Below are positions 55,020 to 64,000 of a stretch of DNA of 64,000 bases, piece after piece. How positions within the stretch are numbered: position 1 is the stretch's first letter; each line of letters begins with the position of its first letter. Location of the stretch: NCBI RefSeq assembly GCF_009914755.1, contig NC_060926.1; one strand, given 5' to 3'. Both the position numbers and the translations under genes were made by a program. The DNA comes from the human T2T-CHM13v2.0 reference genome, Homo sapiens. The notes beneath the pieces were generated by a model. It did not search any database and had not been told where the DNA came from. It saw only the letters and a program-made list of their open reading frames with translations.

Positions 55020-56663
55020 AGGAATTTTCATAGTTAAGTAATATTATTTATATTTGTACCTATATGTATCACAGCACATCCTTAAAATATAATAAAGTTA
55101 TTGTTGTTATTTTATAAAGCAAAGCTTTATAAACATATATCATTATAAAGTCAAATGATATATGTTGAGTCAAAAAACTTGGCTCATTTTCCCAGTTCTG
55201 CCACTAAATAGCTGTGTGGCTTGGATCATAATATTCAGAGCTAAGCTTTGTTGAACTCTTACTATGTGCCAGGTTCTGAACTCAGGGCTTTCATGCATTG
55301 TCTCATTCAATTGTCATAAATGCTCTGAGTTGGTGGTTATTTCCCTTCTGCAGATAAAGTAAATGAGGCTCAGGGAGAGTAAGAAAATTTCCAAGATCTG
55401 TCTACTAAGAGCTGGATGTTGGTCTGGTTCCCAACCTGGAGCTCATAAGCACAGCGCTCTACTCCCTCTAGTTCACCTCTCTTGGCTTCACTTTCTCTTT
55501 GTTTAACATGAAAGGAGATGGAATTAGCTTACCAGTAAGACTTTAAAAAAAACACTAGCTCTTCTGTGAACTAATAAGGTATAGACACCAATAACTGAGG
55601 CCGACAAAAATTTCTTTCCATCCATATTTTTTTTTTCCAGCACAACTCCAGGTGCAAAGTAGACGCTCAAACATTGCTAATTGAATTAAACTAAACAAAT
55701 ATGTAAAATCATGCAATCCTGCCACAGACACTTACCCATTACTAGCTAGATGTGTGCTTCTCAAATCTGAATTCACGGCCTCAAAATCCCAAGGAGTTAT
55801 GGATTCCAGTGAGAAACAGTGACCCGGGCCATTCTGGGATGGTTGCCCTTTGAAAATCCCCTCTACAGGCATGCATTGAACACTACTCCATGCCAGGTCC
55901 TGGGCTGGGCTTCAGGGATACAGTGATGGGAAAGAGCAATCCCTGCAGCAAGAGCTCCCATGGCGTGTGCTTGACATGTAACTGACACAGTGCACTTGGG
56001 TGGGCCTAATGTAAAGGAAAAGAATGGGGCTTGGGGATTACAAGGGAGGGTCGTCTAAGTGAGAGTTGATAATGCAGAGGGTGAGAAAAAGCTTCTCAAA
56101 AGCCTAAACACAAACAACCAAGCCAAACCCCAGCATTGGTGAAATGCCAGTTGGAGTCAGGAAAAAGGAAGGAATTATAGGCTATTTTAAAGGGATAGCC
56201 CTGATAATTTTGAACCCACAGCTGCAGTGACTGTTCTTGCTTTAACAAGCAGATAAGTCATCTGAATTCAACAGGGACCAGAGTTTTTGAATTTTTTTCT
56301 TAATTTGTTTTATGGTTTTAGCTTCTTTTTCTTGAATTCTATTCACACTTTTCATTGGCTGAGCCACACATCCTTTCTTTGTAATTGTTGAAAGGATTCT
56401 TTTGGCCTTGAATATAATGATTATAAATTTATAGAACTCAAATTACTTGCATTTTCCCATATGAGAATGATTTCGCTCAGCCATTATCTCCTCTAAGAGG
56501 GCTTCCTCCAGCCCTTGCCCCCTGTGGTTAGTTGTGTTCCCTTCTGAATGTGTATTCACCATCACAGTTCTCATGAAGGATTGTAATTGTCTATCTCTCT
56601 GTGTTACCCACTACACTGAACTCAAGGAGTATTTGCTGAACCAAAGTAATCCACACTCCTAGG

Positions 56664-57154
56664 TGTACTAGTTTCCTAGGCACAAACTGGTCGGCTGAGA
56701 ACAATCTAAGTCCATCTCTCATTTCTGGAGGCTGGACATCCAAAATCAAGGTGCCAGCAGTGCCATGCTCCCGCTGAGACTCTGGGGAGACTCCTCCCTT
56801 GCCTCCTTTTAGTTTTTGGTGGTTTGCTGCAATCTTTGGTGCTCCTTGGCATGCCAATGCATCACACATGGCCTTCTGTCTTCCAATGCATCACACATAG
56901 CCTTCTGTCTTCACGGGGCCGTCTTCTTCCTGTGTCTCTCCCCATCACTTTCCCTCTGCATGTCTGTGTCTGTGTCCATATTTCCCTTTTTCATGTAAGG
57001 ACACCAGTCACTTGGATTAGGGCCCACCCTAATTGACTTTATCTTGGTTAAATCTGCAAAGACCCTGTTTCCGAATAACGTCAATTTCTAAGGTACTGGG
57101 GGGTTTGGACTTGAACGTATCTTATTTTGGGGGGATATCATTCAACCCATAACA
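56664..57154 (-). mobile_element. MLT1 LTR (MLT1C-like) with an internal 29-bp tandem duplication (56854-56911)
   Basis: 'tgtactagtttcctagg...ctggaggctggacatccaaaatcaaggtgccagcag...taaggacaccagtcacttggattagggcccaccct...ttcaacccataaca'; ccaatgcatcacacat(g/a)gccttctgtctt x2. Confidence 0.85.
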
Positions 57155-60100
57155 GCAGGCTAGGGATGGATTATGGGATTAGCAAGAAGGTTAGAATTGC
57201 AGGGGACTGCAATGGACATGAGGTGGGGGCTTCTTGAGGTCCTCACCTGAGCAGGGAAGGGTCTGGGAAGAGAGACTTTAACTAGAGGCTGAGCCCCACC
57301 TTCTGAGGATGTGATGCAGAGGTTCTGCCTCAAATCCTGCCGGAGCATTGCTTTACAATTAATTCTGGAGCCCTGCCTGCAGCTCCAGTTTGTTAAATAG
57401 GACTCTGATACCCACTCAGAGGGTTAGAGTCTGTTCCTGCCTTCCATGGTCCATTCTGTACCTGAAAGTCTGAGGCAGCTGCTCTCTGACTTCAAGCATT
57501 CATACCAGATCACCTCTTGATAATGCTGGATCAGTTCAGATCAAGCCTGACTTCACACTGATGCTGTGGCCTCCCTATAGCAGTACATATAATAATATGG
57601 TTTCCTTAGGTTGAGAACCTAATAGATACATTTCCATTAGATACATCATTTTTGATCCTCACAACAGCCCCATGTGGGGGCTGAACTAGGGTGGGGTAGA
57701 TACCATCTCCTTGGAATAGGAGAAAGAATGGCAGTCCAGTGAGTTTATATTGCCTTGTACCAGGGCACTGGCTAAGAAGTGGTGAGGCAGGAGCTTGGCC
57801 CCTGGTGTAGGTGACTCCACAGGCTTCGTGTTCCATCTGCCCTGGCCTGGGGGACAGCTCTAGGAAGGTTTTGATTCATATTCCTCTTGATACCTGAATA
57901 AATTATCCTTTTAAATGGCTACCCACCTCCCTTTAACTTTTGTCTTCTGGCTTCTCAGGCCAAAAGACAGGGGTGACCAGACTGAGACAGCTGGCTGAAG
58001 GAACACCGGTCTCTGCCGACACTGCCTATGTCTCTGGGTCTGAACTGTCTGCTGAGTGTGTGGGGGCTCTGAGATGTTCCTGTTCTCCACAGAGGGCCTC
58101 TGGCTTTCAAAGCTGTGGGGGATTTATCATGCTTCAAGGTAATTGGAAGATGGACCTTCCAGAACCCCCTCGAGTTAGTCCCTTCTACCTCCTATGAGAC
58201 CCTCATCATAAATGGTGCCATGAAGGTCTCCTACTGCATGTGACCTCGAAATAAACCAAAGCAGTGGCTTGACAGGTGCATGTCCTTGCAGGCAGAATTC
58301 ATTCAAGGGGGAGAGCCACAGAGGAGTCACTTTGGAGTCTCTGGGTTTGCAGTGGCCCCTCTGACTTCTTACCACCCACCCTGAGAGGCATGCAGGCTGG
58401 TGAAGCATGGACCACGCCAGCTGTTTCTGTCAGCTGAGCCACAGAAGGGAACCACAGGGCCCTGAGGGTGACTTGGCCAACCACAGGGGGCCGGCAGCAG
58501 GAGGGGCCGTGGGGACAGCAGGATTTGGGTTTCCGCTTTCTCACAGGCAGACTCAATTGATGGCCTTGGGGTCCTGCCGAGCAGGGGTGACTCAGCTTCC
58601 TTTGTGTGCATGGTCGCCTCGCTGAAGAGAGGGGGGCCCTTGACAACCCGGGGCTCCTTCTGCCTCTTCTCACTCCACTTCCTGCTCGAGAAAACCTCTG
58701 GTAATTTTTCCAGTCCCTGTTTACCTTAAAACTTGTCGGAAAAAACAAGTTCGCACTTCAGATTTCTACAGCATTTGACACTTTACAAAACGCTTTCTTA
58801 CACACTGGTTCATCCAATGTTCACACCAACTCTGTGTGATTGTGAGGAGGCTATTGTCATCACAGATGAAACACACAAGGAAAGTGAGACCCAGCCAGGG
58901 TAGGAGATTTGTCCAAGGCCACAGGGCTTGTTGGTGGAGGGTTGACTCTGCTGGGAGCTTGAGTCCAGGATCCTAGGATACTCATCCAGGACCTTTGTAC
59001 ACTTTCTTGGGAATGCCTCAATATATTGCTCTTTCCCTGTGCTCATCACATGTTCTAAAAGCACTTTGTTGATTGAGTGACTGATCATAATCTTCATCCA
59101 TGTCAGATGGATGCTTAGGGATTGAAAAGACATGAGCTTTAGAGACGCAATTCAGTTTCGAGCTATACTAAGACCCTTATTAGCTATGTGACGTTAGATA
59201 CAGCACACATTCCCTGAGCTGCAGTTTCCTCTGAAGAAGGAGGCTAATAATGCTTAATTTCAAGGCAGTTCTGAGATTTATATGAAATGATACGTGTCAA
59301 AGGCCGGCTCAGTACTTGCTACACAGAAGGTGCATGCAATTCAAAGCTCTGTCATCATCCTCACCATCATACTTAGCTTCCAAAATTCAAGAGAGTTGAA
59401 CTAAATCTCACAGATAGTTTCTTTATACATGGAACAATACCTTTACTTAGTAAGATTTAAAAATTTCTAGACATGAATGCACAAAATAAAGTCAAATATG
59501 GTCCTGGTTGATTTAGCCACTATAATTAAAAAAAAGAAGAAGAATAATACCGCATACGTGAATGTCCACATTCAGCTCTCCACATACTCTGTATGAAGGC
59601 TTTTCATCATTTCTGTAGACCTGTTTTGTATGGCTAACATTCCTTGCCTTCTTAACAGAGTAGAGCACACATCCACTGCTTTGGGGGATTCTCTGTGTTT
59701 CTTACTCTTCATTGGACCATTTGACTTTCTTTATCCCTTCCTCTTGCTTGCAAAGGGTTACAGGGACACTCATCAAGGTGGGGAAGGGACAGTAGGTCTG
59801 ATTAATTCCAGACTCTAACATGATGCTCATATTTTGGGTAAATGCATAAGCAGTCAGGAAGATCCTTCTTTAAAAAAATACTCTTCCTTTCTTCCACCAA
59901 CTGGATGTCTTCTGTGTGATAACAAATTATCTTTGAAGTTGAATATATGTCCAGGAAAGATTGAAACTATTGGTGTTGCTATCTTAAATTTCAAACTCCT
60001 TGCTGTTAGAAATTATGTTGTAATCATTATCATGTGCCTGTAGCCAGGTTCCCACTAGATTCTCAATGAATGGCTCTTGAACAAGCATGATTCATTCATT

Positions 60101-60839
60101 CATTCATATAACAAAAATATAGTATGAATGAACCACAGAAGTTCTGCAGATGCTTAAGATTGTATACTACTTTAAGGAGCTCCATTCTGGGGATGAATAT
60201 CAATGCTTACGGAGGAGAGACTGGATGGAGACCAGGAGGTCAGGCAGGGAGGGGCACTGGCATGAATAAGGAGGCACTGGGTTCAAGGGGGAGACTGTGC
60301 ATGTGCCAGGTGTATTCAGTGTGTCTTCGCTGGGTGCTGACCATGGGGTATGAGAGGTAGACCTGCCACCTCGAACAGCCCAGAGCAGAAAGCAAGAGGA
60401 GTAAGTCCACCTTGGAGGGGCTAGCAGAGTGCTGTGGGAGAGTGAGTGGGGCAGGTGACAAGGACAGTTCTGAGCATTCTAGACAAATTACTGGTTACTC
60501 AGGACAATTGCAATCCACACTCACATTTGGGAAACAGATGGACAAGATTAAAAACTGCAGAGAACCAGGGGATATGGAGAGCCTACCCACTAATAGGGAC
60601 CTTGAATGCATTGCAGTCATTGCTGGGCTGAGTATGAAGGGTGGAAACACTTCTAGGGAGGGGATGTTTACTTTTGTGGTTTGGGAACTTGTCCCAGAGG
60701 CCCCTGCCCTGTCTCTTGGTGAAGAGGATTTAAATCATTAAAAATATTGTATGATTTTCTTCACAGAATTCCACTTTCATGAGGAGTGGGAGAATGTGTT
60801 TGAAGTCATACCCATTATTTATTATTTAGTGGTTTACTC

Positions 60840-61720
60840 TTCATTCATTTAATACAGTTCATTGAGCCTCTATCCTATGCTGGTCTTGAGCTGGGGGTTG
60901 GAGGTGAAAGATGGACTAAAGTCTGTCCCTGCACTTTAAGGATCTTTCAGTCTAGTGGAAGAGAGTGACTCATAAGTAATTATAAAGCACTGTGGAGAGT
61001 ATAGAAGGGCAGATACATAAAGAAGGACAGAGAAGGGAGTGGTTAATTAGAATATTGGCTGTCAGGGAAGCTTTACAGAAGATGTACCGGGATATAAAGG
61101 ATGAATAGGAATTTTCAGGTTGGGAAGGAGAAAGTAGCACTTTAGGTAGTGAAAGTGTCATGAATAATTGCACAAGGGCAGGCAAGTGCATGGCTTGGGA
61201 AAGAATGATTAGAGCAGTATAACTGGAGTGCTGTTGCCAGATAACATACAGGAGGCCCAGTGGGATTCGGATCTCAGATAGATGATGAATATGTTTGGCA
61301 TGTCCCAAGTATTGCATGAAAAATGCTTACATTAAAGACATTATTTTCAGTTTATGCAAATGTAGATTTAAACCTGGTGTTCTGTATTTTTATTTGCTAA
61401 ATCTGCCAACCATAGACTAGAACATAAAGCAGGTGAGACCACATCATATAGTTCTCCAAAAGTTCTTTAAAAGTGAGAGAGTTTCAACTTCAATCTTGTG
61501 GAGTGGCCTTAGGAGGTTTTTAAACAGAGAAGTGATATAGTCAAATTTCTGTTTTATAAATATTACTCTGGCTCCATGGAGGATGATTTAGAAAGGGGGG
61601 CCCTGGAGGCAAGATCATTAACTAAAAAGAGAGGAAAGGGATTCTGAATAAGAGCATCAACTGAGGGATTTTCAGGGCACAGGCTTGACATATTTTAGAG
61701 GTAGGACCCACGAGGACTTG
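60840..61720 (-). mobile_element. L2 fragment interrupted by MER53
   Basis: 'ttcattcatttaa...ttcattgagcctcta...tgtccctgcactttaagga...cagtctagtgg','gtcagggaagcttt','ttttaaacagagaagtgatatagtca'. Confidence 0.7.
61229..61414 (-). mobile_element. MER53 hAT-family MITE (palindromic)
   Basis: Terminal inverted repeats 'gttgccagat'...'atctgccaac' and internal arms 'atacaggaggcccagt'/'acctggtgttctgtat'. Degenerate 8-bp TSD aactggag / gactagaa. Confidence 0.8.
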
Positions 61721-62391
61721 CTGAGCAGGAGAGCATGAGGGGTGATGTTTGTGCTGCCAATCCTTTCTAATTATGGCTATAATATATTTGTCCTTGAAAG
61801 CTTATGACCTTCTGAACGTTCACTGCCAATAAAGATGTTGGAGAGAGAGTCCTCTGGAGACCAGGAATTCTTTGCCATTAAGCACATAGCTCAGCTCTCC
61901 ATTTCTTTAAAACACATACTCTGGCTAAACTCTGAGCTAGATAATCACATCTTGATTAAGTGGCTGCGTCCATGCTGGGTACAGGTGGAAACACTTAGTG
62001 CTATAATGTTAGACGGGTCTATAAAAAAGAATGCCTTCCATACGTTCTTGGGAGAGATTTATTTTTCAAAAGAAAGTGTATATTTTGGAAGGGAAGAGGC
62101 GTTGTTTATTTCTGGGATTAAATACATCTCCAGGGTCATAGAATATATTTGGGTTCTTTAGATATGTTGCAAAGAATTCACAGAATCCTGGTAGAGAGAC
62201 CCCTTGGTTACTCTCATCCTGTTCCAGTGAGGGAAGCTCAGCCCAGAGAATAGTTGTGACCTGCTCCAGGTGGCCGAACTTGGATTAGAGTAGTGGATTC
62301 ATGATGCCCAGTTAAAGTGCAATGTGAATTGCACAATTCTTAGGCTTTGTCTAAACATTTAGAGTCTGGAAACACAGTGCCATTCTTTTTC

Positions 62392-62445
62392 TCTGTAACT
62401 ACCAAGTTACAAAGAATTTCTGTAACTACCAAGTTACAAGGAATT
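62392..62445. repeat. 27-bp tandem duplication, each unit containing a hairpin
   Basis: tctgtaactaccaagttacaa(a/g)gaatt x2; TGTAACT-acca-AGTTACA inverted repeat in each unit. Confidence 0.93.
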
Positions 62446-64000
62446 TATCCTTGAGATGTTTCCATTTGAACTGAAGTATTGATACAAGTTGCTTTTAAAA
62501 AAGGGATTTCATGAAATTGTGTTATTTGGAAAGCACTACATCTTTATTCCCCTTGACAGTCCTCTTGCAATACATTGACACAGCCTAACTTCTGAAGGTT
62601 TTCAAAGTTTTTAGAGCATGGAACAAGAAATGTTTATATAAATAGGAAATAATGGCTATTTGTTGAATGCATTTTCAGTTGTGGGATTTAGACATTTTGG
62701 CTAAGGCGAGCTTTCCTTTTAATAGATCAACTTTCAGGGCCAAGTTGTGTTTAAAAGAATAAAGTGAAAAGTATTGTATTTACATTTCAAGAACAAAATG
62801 TCTCTCCTTCTTAGAAGTTTTAGGAATACTGCCTGGGGCCACCGCCTGCCTTTGCTGCATTAATTCCAGGGAGAGCAGACCACAGTGACTCCTTCCCTCA
62901 TTAGGGTTTAAGAGATTTGTTTCCTATAAAAGACTCAGCAAAATCCCTCCCTCCTCTCCTAAACAATGAAATACTACAACCAAACAGCTCCTGAGCTTTG
63001 TGTTATCCACTCCACATTCAATCCTCATGGCCAGTTTGATTTTGTTTTTAATATTCTGATTCACTGGGTATCTTTTACATCTTATGCACAGCACCTCCCA
63101 GCCCTTTCCAGAAGGAAAGGGTGAAAGAAGAGAGGGGTCAGGTTTCTAGAGGGAGGTGGTCATGGGGCCAATTTTTCACTGGCATCACTTCAAAACCACC
63201 CATGTTTTCCTGACATTGCCCTAGTCCCTTCAAAGAGATTTAACGCATCACTCGTCCCTGCTAATGAAGATGGAAAGTATTGTAAACAATAAATGCTAGT
63301 CACCAAGTGAGGTCTTGAGACAATAAGGACCCTCAGATGACTCTTAGGGATGGTACAGAACACACTCTAAATAAACCCATCCACGGCATATTAGGCCTTT
63401 GCCAGCATCATCCCACACACCTGCCTCTGCCAGGTTCCCCTGTTATAACCCACCCATTTATTCAGCAGTCTTTCCTGAGTACTTGCCATGTACCAAGCAG
63501 TGTTCTAGGCACTGGAGATATAGAAATGAATGAGACATTCAAGCAGTAGCCAAATATTTCTCACCCAGGGATCTACGGATACCCAGGGACCCCAAATTCT
63601 TAGCTATGAATTCTATGAGAATTTAAAAAATTCTTCTTTTCTTTTGACGGTGATCTAAAAAATTTACATAAAATATGGTCTGGATCGATTGGATGGTTAT
63701 CGTTACACAGTCCTGCTGCAAGACCTTGATGTCTGGGTTGACCTCTGTGTTCTGGGTCCTATCAGAGCCAATGATTGATAACCTGACTGTTAATCTCCAG
63801 TGCACTGTCCATCAGGTTGGGGGTTAGTGGACATATTCTTGAGCTCTGCCGATGTTCCCTTTCTTTGAACAAGTTGCCTATGTCCTCAAATTTAAGAAGC
63901 CCTGGTATAGTATTGGCACAGAAGGATTTGTAGTCTCTTGTAGCCACCACATTGTTCCCAAACTGTGGTCATACTGGTCTTGAGGGAGTCAGAAAAATGG

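Noticed and set aside
58470-58500. CTCF site (ccacagggggcc)
   Set aside because: Too many mismatches to the CTCF core to support by eye.
62392-62445. CRISPR-like palindromic repeat
   Set aside because: Only two abutting units, no spacer, no cas genes, and a mammalian context.

Overview
This is primate (very probably human) non-genic or intronic DNA with no intact protein-coding gene. The basis is the presence of AluY/AluS, THE1, MER57, MLT1/MLT2, L1M, L2 and MIR elements. The main feature is a full-length processed pseudogene of ST13 (Hsc70-interacting protein, Hip) at about 24316-27451. It inserted in sense orientation at the poly(A) signal of a THE1 solo LTR, and both the retrocopy TSD and the LTR's own GTAAC TSD are still readable. 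Less obvious items are a tailless 5S rRNA retro-fragment with a 21-bp TSD (46620-46658), a cryptic ~300-bp 3'UTR-like retro-insertion inside a MIR (~38808-39163), an ancient duplication of an MLT1 LTR together with its flank (6172-6568 vs 9250-9663), a fossil Alu monomer, a MER53 MITE and several short tandem duplications. Nearly all ORFs in the track are repeat-derived or chance ORFs. I found no convincing novel biological system; the best candidate is the THE1-LTR/ST13-retrocopy fusion, which could encode a 68-aa Hip-N-terminus microprotein. Repeat subfamily names and parent-sequence comparisons come from recalled consensus sequences, not from a search.
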